NCBI RefSeq assembly: GCF_008000775.2
Contig: NZ_CP042905.2
Span: 2,220,001 to 2,252,000 of the forward strand
Length of the DNA stretch: 32,000 nucleotides
Direction: 5' to 3'
Source of the DNA: Promethearchaeum syntrophicum
GTDB taxonomy: Archaea > Asgardarchaeota > Lokiarchaeia > Sigyniarchaeales > Promethearchaeaceae
Shown here piece after piece: positions 16,890 to 25,245 of this stretch; the stretch's first letter is position 1, and each line of letters opens with the position of its first letter. The notes below the pieces were generated by a model. It worked only from the letters and a program-made list of their open reading frames with translations, was not told the DNA's origin and ran no database searches. The translations under genes were made by a program, and so were the position numbers.

Positions 16890-18650
16890 TTATGTTGTTG
16901 GCAATAAAGAAATAATTATCCATGCAGTTAGAGTACTGGTAAAAATTATTGCGGGTATTGGTGATTCATTATAATGATATAAGATTACTCCAATGACTTG
17001 TCCAATATACACAAAGATTATGAAAACAATTGTAAAAAGTATTGAGAGAAATCCGATTCCCATAAAATTTAACATTAGATAAATTAATAAAATGCTTGAA
17101 ATTTTTCCAACCACAAATACAAGTAGAAATTTTAGCAGACGATATTTCTCGGATATTATCATTACTATTTTTTGAATTTTATTTGATATTAGTTCCCCGG
17201 GTAATATCATGGCTCCAATAACAACACTGAAAATAAACCAATTTTTTATTGAATCGAGTTTTGAGGGAAATCCACCAAGTATATTAGGTATATCAATTGC
17301 ATAAAAGAATATTTGGAAAGCGATCGGAATAATTAAACTAATTAATAATCCTGCGAGAATATCTATTGAAAAACTTTTCCTAGATACCATGCTTTTAATA
17401 GAATCAGTACGCTGTTCTTTTTTAAACAAAAAACCTTTCCTTTTCATTATTTTAAAAATCAATAATAAAATCCAAGTAGATACTCCCATGAATAGTATAG
17501 CTCCAAAAAAATTGGAACTCGAACTCAAAGAAATCCAAGAAATCGTAATAAAATTTGTTATATATATTCCTAACACAATGAATAACGATTGAAATAGAAT
17601 AATTGAAAATATTTCTCCCCATAACATTTTTTGGATCTTATTAAATTTCTGTTCTGTTGATTTCTGAGAAGGAAATTCTTTTAATTTGAATAAAAAGGGA
17701 AAAACCAAAGATATTGGTATGATCATAAAAAAAATCCCCATATAAATGAATACATTAAAAACTTGAATAGCATTCATCCATTTGATCAAAGAACCGCTAT
17801 AATTCTGCTCATACTTAGTATCGATACCTAATTCATCACACATAAGATTAATCCAATCAACTGATGCTTCAAAAATTAGTGGATGTGTCTGTTCCGCTGC
17901 ATGAGTGATTGGATTTTTATCATCACCAATAATTTCTGCTTTCCGTGCAGTATAATTTAGGAATGAACCATACTTGACACCTAATTTAGCTGAAGCGTTT
18001 CCAGTTGTTGTTTGAAGCGTTGAGAGTAGTTCTTCTGGGGTAAAAAGTTCTTCTTTATTTCCAATGATGAAAAGAGTATTTTTTGGATTAGTCTCATTTA
18101 AATCTAATCCAATATACGGCATTGAAGCTCCAATGACTACAGAACCATTAATTAAATTAGGATATGCCATTGAAAAACGAGTAGCACAAAACCCCCCCAT
18201 TGAATGTCCAATAATAAACATATTTTTACAACCACGTTCATGCAAGAACTTCCAAGCGGTTAGCATATCATCTGCTGCTTGTTGCGCTCGAGTATCCCAA
18301 TCACCACTTAATTGCCCACCTGATAATCCATGACCGCGATAGTCCATTGCTACTACATGTGCTCCCAATTTTGCTACTGATAAAGCTAAATTGTGAACTC
18401 CCCATCTATCACTAGCATATCCATGAGCAACTATCACTCCAATTTCCGATTGCTCAAGAGGGATCAAATAATTTAATTCTAAATTTATTCCATCATATTC
18501 ACTATTGACTTGGAAATGATTAACTGATATACCCGTTTCTCCATACATATTGATGCGAGATCCTAAAATTCCGGTTGATAATAAAATAATTGGAATGATT
18601 GTGAACACTATAATGAACTTTAATAACTTCTTATTTGGAATTGAAATCAT
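16890..18650 (-). CDS. Alpha/beta-hydrolase (lysophospholipase/monoacylglycerol-lipase-like) domain fused to a C-terminal polytopic membrane domain
   Basis: N-terminal signal anchor FIIVFTIIPIILLSTGILG. The oxyanion region is VIVAHGYAS and the motif DYRGHGLSGG is present. The nucleophile elbow is GHSMGG (Ser150). From about aa 295 to the end there are ~8 hydrophobic helices. Confidence 0.8.
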   Translation of the reverse strand: MISIPNKKLLKFIIVFTIIPIILLSTGILGSRINMYGETGISVNHFQVNSEYDGINLELNYLIPLEQSEIGVIVAHGYASDRWGVHNLALSVAKLGAHVVAMDYRGHGLSGGQLSGDWDTRAQQAADDMLTAWKFLHERGCKNMFIIGHSMGGFCATRFSMAYPNLINGSVVIGASMPYIGLDLNETNPKNTLFIIGNKEELFTPEELLSTLQTTTGNASAKLGVKYGSFLNYTARKAEIIGDDKNPITHAAEQTHPLIFEASVDWINLMCDELGIDTKYEQNYSGSLIKWMNAIQVFNVFIYMGIFFMIIPISLVFPFLFKLKEFPSQKSTEQKFNKIQKMLWGEIFSIILFQSLFIVLGIYITNFITISWISLSSSSNFFGAILFMGVSTWILLLIFKIMKRKGFLFKKEQRTDSIKSMVSRKSFSIDILAGLLISLIIPIAFQIFFYAIDIPNILGGFPSKLDSIKNWFIFSVVIGAMILPGELISNKIQKIVMIISEKYRLLKFLLVFVVGKISSILLIYLMLNFMGIGFLSILFTIVFIIFVYIGQVIGVILYHYNESPIPAIIFTSTLTAWIIISLLPTT

Positions 18651-18679
18651 TTATCTGAAATCTCCATGATTTTTTTTTC

Positions 18680-19237
18680 TCAAAATATCGCTGAGAAATT
18701 GTTGGCGAAAGTAATTATTTCGTCCCAATTAACTGAATCGTTTTCGCGTTTTATTTCTATTTGCCTTGGGTTTTCTTTTTTCTCTTTGTTTTTCAAAATA
18801 TATCTAATTGCGATATTTAAGTTTGAATGATATGAAAAATCATATACTCCTCCAAAATTAGCTTTAAGATCTGGTGTTAATCCTAAATCACTGGCAAAAA
18901 AATCAACGTAATCACAATTTCCTTTTGAAAATCTATCAGATGATCGTGCGGCGCCACAAGTAATAAACATCCCTAACTTCACACCTTTCTTGGTAAAATA
19001 AACATGATTATTAGCAATAAATTTCTTCACTTTGGGGTTCCATTGTCCCATCTGGATCCCCGACCCTAGAATGAAACCATCAAATTTCTTCATTAAAACG
19101 TGTTCTGGACTAAAATTGATTGCGATATTATAAATTTCAACATCAAAACCGTTTTGGATTAAAATTTCTGAAATTTTCTCAGCAATTTCAATTGTAGTTT
19201 CATGCTGAGATCCAAAAATTACTGCAATATTCTTCAT
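18680..19237 (-). CDS. Flavodoxin-domain protein
   Basis: The N-terminal MKNIAVIFGSQHETTIEIAEKISEIL matches the flavodoxin phosphate-binding loop pattern. FDGFILGSGIQMGQW is typical of the long flavodoxin-domain (HemG-like) family. Confidence 0.7.
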   Translation of the reverse strand: MKNIAVIFGSQHETTIEIAEKISEILIQNGFDVEIYNIAINFSPEHVLMKKFDGFILGSGIQMGQWNPKVKKFIANNHVYFTKKGVKLGMFITCGAARSSDRFSKGNCDYVDFFASDLGLTPDLKANFGGVYDFSYHSNLNIAIRYILKNKEKKENPRQIEIKRENDSVNWDEIITFANNFSAIF

Positions 19238-19332
19238 ACCTAAACTTAATCAAATATTGATTTATTCTGAATAAAATTCTTTAGTTTTTTTAATAAATCA
19301 TTTAAAAAGAAAGGTTTTAAGAAATTTTTAAT

Positions 19333-19908
19333 TCAAACTTTATCTGAATAAAATTCAATTAAAAACTCATCAAGATCAGAATGTAATTTTTCAATTGAAC
19401 CATCATTTACAATTATTTGATCAGCAATCGCAATCGGTCCACCTTTTTCAAGATTCTCAATTTCAGCAAAATCTCTAAGTTCTGCACCTTCAAAATCCAA
19501 TCCTCTAAATTTTCTTTTTGATAAACGTTCATAACGTAACTTTTTAGGAGTAAAAACCGCTAAGAGAACAATTGGAATATCGAGATTATCTCTTAGAAAT
19601 TTATATTCTGACCATGAATAGAGACCATCAATAATGGTTAAGCCTTGGGAGAGAGCCTTTTTTATATTAGGAAATTCCAGTTTAGCATATGCTTCCATTC
19701 CATGGATATTTCTGAGTTCTTCTCTTACTAATTTTTCATTACTTTGGTTGACAGGAAGATTTCTCTTTTTTACTTCTTTAATAGTTACTCCACCAAAATA
19801 AATTACCTGCCAATTTAAATGCTTGAAATAATCGACAACTACACTCTTACCGCATCCGGCCATGCCAACAATTACTAATAATTTTTTTACTTTATCTGAG
19901 CTTTCCAT
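19333..19908 (-). CDS. P-loop nucleotide/nucleoside kinase-like protein (dephospho-CoA-kinase-like / UPF0200-like)
   Basis: Walker A motif GMAGCGKS at aa 15-22. Size is ~190 aa. The Arg-rich lid RYERLSKRKFRG is present. A strong SD (GAGGAG) lies ~9 nt upstream, suggesting co-transcription with the mannosidase gene. Confidence 0.65.
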   Translation of the reverse strand: MESSDKVKKLLVIVGMAGCGKSVVVDYFKHLNWQVIYFGGVTIKEVKKRNLPVNQSNEKLVREELRNIHGMEAYAKLEFPNIKKALSQGLTIIDGLYSWSEYKFLRDNLDIPIVLLAVFTPKKLRYERLSKRKFRGLDFEGAELRDFAEIENLEKGGPIAIADQIIVNDGSIEKLHSDLDEFLIEFYSDKV

Positions 19909-19975
19909 TTTCTTAACTCCTCAAATATATAAATATGTATTTAGAAGATATATTTTCTTTTGGATGTCATTTAAA

Positions 19976-22882
19976 CTAATCAAATAAAATACGGAATGTT
20001 AAAATTTCAAACGGAGCTATATCAAAGGAAAAATGATTAGGTTCAAAATTATCTAGTTCTTTTTCCTTTCTTTCCAATAAATCCACGAATTCCACTGATT
20101 TCAAATTAAATTTTGATGAAAAATCATTAAAATTAATTCTAACACTTGTTTTTCTTCCATGTGCTTCATACACTCGAAGAATAAAGTGTTTACCATCCCA
20201 TTTCCAGTGTTCTGCATTTTTAGTTAAAATAAATTGCTTATTTTTACTTTCTGTAAATGGTAGATTCGTTCCAATTTTTTCATCTTTATTTTTTGACCAC
20301 ATCCATTCTCCAGGTTTTAAAGCAGAAAGAATAACATTAGGTTCACTTATTGAAATGTTTGGGAATTTAATTATTTTCACTTCATCGATACTTTCAGTTC
20401 TGTTTTTGGGTTCTATTGATTGAAAGTAAAAACATGGCAAATTATAAGCTAATCCCTTTTCAGGAATATTCGCATCTTCCCATGATCCTTTATGAGGATA
20501 GAGTGCATAAGAAAAATCGTGCTTGACTAAATCAGTATGTGAAGGACGATCCTTTTTCGATAAGAGTTTTTCGTGTGAATAAAAAAAATCACTTGGATAA
20601 GGTGGAGATCGAACTAATGTAATGGATACTCCTTTTCTATTTGCCGAAGCTCCATATCGATCCTTATTTAAAATAGCCAAGCCATGATTTTTGTCTGATA
20701 TATCTACCCATTTTTGCATAGAAAATTCCCATTTCGCAGCTTCCATCTTTGTGGTGGGTATACGAGTCCTTGATACTGCTCCAAATTGAGTTTCACAAAT
20801 AATTTCATTGGTATCTAGATTGATTGGAAAGAAATGTTTTATTAACACTTCTTTATCTCTCAAATCAATGTGAGTATGAATATCTAAAATCGGAGAATTA
20901 TGGAATATAGTATAGTTTACTTCATAAGAACTATTTAGGAACGAATAGGTTGCTTGAATTTCAAGGCAAGTTTGTGAATTTTTTATTATTTCTACCTTTT
21001 CACACATCAATTTGATAGGATGTTGAGTATAATTTTTACATATATTCCAAGCAGGATAAGGATTACCTTTAAATTCTTCACGGTAGATTTTTATCCTTCC
21101 TCCTTTATTTCTGTTAAATGCGTTAAAAGCTTCAACATTCATTAGATTCGAGTGTGATAAGGGAGGATCAAATGAATATAATAATGGACGATAATTTGAT
21201 TCAAAATCATTTTTCCAAAGAAATTCTTTGAGATTCCCATCATTTCTTCCGAAAATTGCAACAAAATATTGATTTGAACATATTAAAATATTATTAGATT
21301 GCTTTAATTGTACGGGATTTTCTATATTAAGTTCTTTTAAATTCTCGGGATCAATCTCTTGCAGACTAAAAGGAGGAATGTCATTTAACTGAATATATGT
21401 AGAATTAACAGGAATATTAATAGAATTTGAGACAGGAAGTGGATTATATATCATATTTTTTCCAGATATCAAGTATGATTCTAAAGAGTTGGAAATAAAT
21501 TCCTTCATTGATTGAATAATAAACTTGTGTTCTCTCCATGTGCGAATATATACTTCTGGGATTGAAGATCCCGGCAAAATATCGTGAAATTGGTTAAGTA
21601 ACAAATATTTCCAACATTTTCTAAATAAATGATATGTTTTAGGATTGAAAGAATCTCTAATATTAATTAGTTGGAGAGTCCATAACATTTCAGCATGAAA
21701 TAATAAATTTTCTGCTTTTCTATTTCCTTTTTTAACCTGTGCTTGAGTTGTGAGAGTTCCCCGATGATTTTCTAAATACATCTCATCGTCCCAAATAACC
21801 ATCTTCTCCCCAACTTCCTTTTTTAATATATTAAAAAAATCTAGAGTGGTTATATGCTTAATGTTGTAGTATTTGCTTAATATATTTATAAAATCTATTT
21901 CTAAATTAAGAGGACCTTTTCCTCCATCACCATTTCCATAGAAATAACCCAGAGTTCGTACATATTCTTTATCTAAATAATCATCTAATTCATATAAACC
22001 GCTATAATTTTTAGTAGCTAATTTACTTCCAGAAATAGCAATTGGGGACATTTCTTCACCATCTTGAAAAGATTTTGAATTAAAGATTAAATTATTATTT
22101 TTGGGTCGCCTTGCCATTACTTTATACCTTCCAAGATCTAAAAACGCCTCAATATTAAATCTAAATTGATGAGTAAAAAGGCGTGTACTGTCTAACCCTT
22201 GCCAAATAAAATTGGCAAAAGGCCACATCGTATAATCATTCCAAGTTATTTTTGTTGTCCAGAATGCTTCTGCTCCAGATTTAACAAAAATTTGTGGAGT
22301 TGTATTGGGAAATCCAAATACATCTAATAATGTCTCAATTTTAGCGATTTTACCAAATTTACGTAGATAATATAATTGTCCATATAACCTTTGTCGAATT
22401 AGGGCTTCACCGCATGGAATATTTAAATCAGGTTCAATCCATGACCCTCCACATAATTCTATTTTTCCTTGATCCACCTGATAACAAATTGCTTCCCACA
22501 TAGTGCGATCTGGATCTGGTGATGGTAATTTCTTGCTATATTTTTCCATCCATTCAAAATATTGCGGAGATGTGAGTGATATCGCAAAAAATGGATATTT
22601 TTCTATATGTTCCAAAGCCATTTTAAAGGTTTTATATGCGCGAAAAACTGAATCCTTTACTGTCCATAACCATGCTGCATCCAAATGAGAAACTGGAATG
22701 GCATATATATTAAAATCATGAAAGCTAAAATGGCTCAATTTTCCCAGGATTTTTGAGAAAACATTTACTCCAGAATTAAATAGTGGTGATTTGATTAATT
22801 TATCCCACAATTTTTGATTACGGGGATTATAAAGTAATTTTTCTAAAAAAATAGTCTCAATCCCATCGTTTATTTCACGCAT
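19976..22882 (-). CDS. Glycoside hydrolase family 38 alpha-mannosidase (cytosolic Ams1/MAN2C1/MngB-like)
   Basis: The N-terminal metal-site motif HLDAAWLW and the central-domain motif NQFHDILPGSSI are both GH38 hallmarks. The ~970-aa length fits, and no signal peptide is present. Confidence 0.85.
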   Translation of the reverse strand: MREINDGIETIFLEKLLYNPRNQKLWDKLIKSPLFNSGVNVFSKILGKLSHFSFHDFNIYAIPVSHLDAAWLWTVKDSVFRAYKTFKMALEHIEKYPFFAISLTSPQYFEWMEKYSKKLPSPDPDRTMWEAICYQVDQGKIELCGGSWIEPDLNIPCGEALIRQRLYGQLYYLRKFGKIAKIETLLDVFGFPNTTPQIFVKSGAEAFWTTKITWNDYTMWPFANFIWQGLDSTRLFTHQFRFNIEAFLDLGRYKVMARRPKNNNLIFNSKSFQDGEEMSPIAISGSKLATKNYSGLYELDDYLDKEYVRTLGYFYGNGDGGKGPLNLEIDFINILSKYYNIKHITTLDFFNILKKEVGEKMVIWDDEMYLENHRGTLTTQAQVKKGNRKAENLLFHAEMLWTLQLINIRDSFNPKTYHLFRKCWKYLLLNQFHDILPGSSIPEVYIRTWREHKFIIQSMKEFISNSLESYLISGKNMIYNPLPVSNSINIPVNSTYIQLNDIPPFSLQEIDPENLKELNIENPVQLKQSNNILICSNQYFVAIFGRNDGNLKEFLWKNDFESNYRPLLYSFDPPLSHSNLMNVEAFNAFNRNKGGRIKIYREEFKGNPYPAWNICKNYTQHPIKLMCEKVEIIKNSQTCLEIQATYSFLNSSYEVNYTIFHNSPILDIHTHIDLRDKEVLIKHFFPINLDTNEIICETQFGAVSRTRIPTTKMEAAKWEFSMQKWVDISDKNHGLAILNKDRYGASANRKGVSITLVRSPPYPSDFFYSHEKLLSKKDRPSHTDLVKHDFSYALYPHKGSWEDANIPEKGLAYNLPCFYFQSIEPKNRTESIDEVKIIKFPNISISEPNVILSALKPGEWMWSKNKDEKIGTNLPFTESKNKQFILTKNAEHWKWDGKHFILRVYEAHGRKTSVRINFNDFSSKFNLKSVEFVDLLERKEKELDNFEPNHFSFDIAPFEILTFRILFD

Positions 22883-23051
22883 TAATAATATTAGATTTTT
22901 AAGTATATTAAAGATATAATTCTGGATTTATAGCTCACATTGAAATTATTAATCAAATGTTTACAAATTACTATTTTTGGTATTGAAATGCCAAAATTTG
23001 GTTTAAATTTTAAAGAGAATGTTTTAATAATTTAAAATATCTAATTCTCGC

Positions 23052-23648
23052 ATGGATTCCTATGAATTATTACCTCATTTAGATATTACTCCCTCTGGGG
23101 AAATATGTAGTAAATTTCTTGGAATGAATATTAAAACTTTTCAAGAAGCATGTAATTATGTTCATAATCTGGATTATGGGTATAATAGTGATACAGATGA
23201 TCGATGGATTCTTTTTAAAGAGTTAAAGGGATCTTGCACACCAAAACATGGAGTTATTGCTGGATTAGCTGAAGAATTACAAATTCCACTTTATAAAAAT
23301 GTTGGAATTTATAAATTCACCGAAAAAATAGTTAAAGGCGCTCAGAAAATTATAGAAAAGTATAAAATTCCTTTTATACCAATGGTTCATTGCTTTTTGG
23401 AATATAATAATTATCGATTTGATTTAACTGAAGGAAATGATAATGGTAAGGAGACCTCAATTGAAGAATTCATGCATAAAGAGCAAGTGGAACCATTTAT
23501 TAGTCGTAAAAATGAATATTTACTCTATAGAAGGGTATTAGAAGAAAAATTACTGTTATCTCCTGAATTTGCTGGAATTTCCCTTAAGATTATTTTAAAA
23601 GCCAGAGAAGAAGCGATTTTGCTCCTTCACGAGAAAGTTAAAAAATAA
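23052..23648 (+). CDS. Conserved hypothetical protein; Cys-His-Asp arrangement reminiscent of a transglutaminase-like/papain-like fold
   Basis: KGSCTPKHGVIAGLAEELQIPL (candidate Cys), then IPMVHCFLEY (His), then YRFDLTEG (Asp). The spacing is like Transglut_core GxCxxFAxL...GIP / HAWxE / xDPT. Pattern recognition only. Confidence 0.4.
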   Translation: MDSYELLPHLDITPSGEICSKFLGMNIKTFQEACNYVHNLDYGYNSDTDDRWILFKELKGSCTPKHGVIAGLAEELQIPLYKNVGIYKFTEKIVKGAQKIIEKYKIPFIPMVHCFLEYNNYRFDLTEGNDNGKETSIEEFMHKEQVEPFISRKNEYLLYRRVLEEKLLLSPEFAGISLKIILKAREEAILLLHEKVKK

Positions 23649-23681
23649 CAGAAGGAAGATATTTAATTGGAAAATCTTGCT

Positions 23682-24875
23682 TTAAAGCGAGATAAAGGTT
23701 GAATTGATTATTTCTTCTAAACCAGGATTTGAATTTGGTTGAATAAAATGTCCCGTTTGATTAGCTAATTCAAATATATTCCAAATTTCCGTTGAAGCTT
23801 GAATTTTTTTATTAAATTGTGCTAGACTTTGTTGTGCACTAAAAGATTGACCTTTATATACGTAACAAATAGTAAAAGGTGTTAAATTAGTCATTAGAAT
23901 AGTAAATTTCTTAAAATTTACCCTATCTAATCCATCTGAAAATATTTCATCACTAAAGCTACTGAAGGCTGAAAGAAATCCACTGAATAAATCTTCATTA
24001 ACCTTCCATTCTTCATTAAAGATTTTTGTATAAAATGAGATTCCTGAATTTCCCATTATCAATAATAGTATTGGAGATTCTGGATATATTTCAGGATCAT
24101 CAGAGCTCTTTCTCTTTATCATCCCCTGAATTTGATTTGTTAAATTCGCATCTTCAATTCGATCACAAATGGATTCATTATCTTCACAAAAAAGATCCCA
24201 TTCATCTTGATTCTGTAGTAATTTATCATGTTCATCAGATATTCTTATTGCAAGCCGATGAAAACCATATTTTTCAGCAATCTGTTGGCCTCTTGTAAAA
24301 TGATAACGAGCTTTTTTCATTTCAAAATTAACTAAGCTAAATTTTGCCTCTAAAAGATATGATTCTGCTAAAACTCTAAATGATTTTTGTTCTTGGGAAA
24401 TTTTTGATAAACGCGTAAGAATTGGGTTAATTTCAGTAAGAACTTCCTCATTTTTAGTATCTTTAAATTCAGCTATCAACATTTCACAAAGATTTAAGAT
24501 AGAAGCAATAGTAATATCACTAAATAAAATCTCTTCATTTGAAATCTCTGCAAATAATTCTTGAGCTTGACCTAACTTTCTAACGCGGTTACTATTTTTT
24601 AATACTAGTGCTTGATTAAAGCGGTGAATCAAATCGATCTCCTTATTTTGAGTATTATTATTTAATTCTTCAAGCTGAATGAGATTGTGTTTTGCCGTTG
24701 ATATGTCATCTTTGTATAAATATGCTTGAATCAAACCCGATAAACACAACGCGACTAGAGTTTTATCTTGAGCATTTTCTTCGGAAATCATCATTTTTCT
24801 ATAGATGCTTATAGCATCTTGGTATTTACCTTCTTCAATCAAATTTTTTGCGTTTTTTAACTGTTCATTTAACAT
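23682..24875 (-). CDS. TPR-like helical-repeat protein with a C-terminal longin/roadblock-like alpha/beta domain
   Basis: Residues 1-215 contain TPR-like helix pairs (NLIEEGKYQDAISIYRKMM, LAESYLLEAKFSLVNFEMKKARYHFTRGQQIAEKYG). Residues ~266-375 (nt 23751-24080) show a beta-beta-alpha-beta-beta-beta-alpha pattern: ILLLIMGNSGISFYTKIF / DLFSGFLSAFSSFSDEIF / LDRVNFKKFTILMTNLTPFTICYVYKG / SAQQSLAQFNKKIQ. Confidence 0.55.
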   Translation of the reverse strand: MLNEQLKNAKNLIEEGKYQDAISIYRKMMISEENAQDKTLVALCLSGLIQAYLYKDDISTAKHNLIQLEELNNNTQNKEIDLIHRFNQALVLKNSNRVRKLGQAQELFAEISNEEILFSDITIASILNLCEMLIAEFKDTKNEEVLTEINPILTRLSKISQEQKSFRVLAESYLLEAKFSLVNFEMKKARYHFTRGQQIAEKYGFHRLAIRISDEHDKLLQNQDEWDLFCEDNESICDRIEDANLTNQIQGMIKRKSSDDPEIYPESPILLLIMGNSGISFYTKIFNEEWKVNEDLFSGFLSAFSSFSDEIFSDGLDRVNFKKFTILMTNLTPFTICYVYKGQSFSAQQSLAQFNKKIQASTEIWNIFELANQTGHFIQPNSNPGLEEIINSTFISL

Positions 24876-25008
24876 TTTTTAGATCTCATAATCATCTCAA
24901 TAATTAGTAATAATTATAAAATCGCTTTAGTTATAATATAGAGTTTTTTAATTCTTATATTTCAAGATAAATGAAATTTTAAATATTTCAACAACAAATT
25001 GTAATAAA

Positions 25009-25245
25009 ATGAATAGCGATTTTAAAACTGCAATAATTGTCAAAAGTATTGAAGAAGAATACATGTATATTCAGCAAATTTCATGTGAACAATGTGAGTT
25101 GAAGGGATCTTTCAAGTTAGAAATACAATCTTTAATTTTTGAGGATAAAAAACCATTTGATAAGTTGAAGTGCAAATGTCAGAATTGTGGAGCAAAAAAA
25201 AGTGTACTATTTGATATATCTAATTTCTTTGGAAAATTATTCTAA
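25009..25245 (+). CDS. Small (78-aa) zinc-ribbon protein
   Basis: CEQC ... x26 ... CKCQNC gives four or five Cys in a ribbon-like arrangement. ATG at 25009. The TAA at 25243-25245 overlaps the stop of the convergent gene. Confidence 0.5.
   Translation: MNSDFKTAIIVKSIEEEYMYIQQISCEQCELKGSFKLEIQSLIFEDKKPFDKLKCKCQNCGAKKSVLFDISNFFGKLF

Noticed and set aside
16072-18333. Short plus-strand ORFs (60-89 aa) within the EamA and hydrolase genes, including 16690-16875
   Set aside because: They are antisense to, or overlap, longer well-supported membrane and hydrolase ORFs, with no independent signals.
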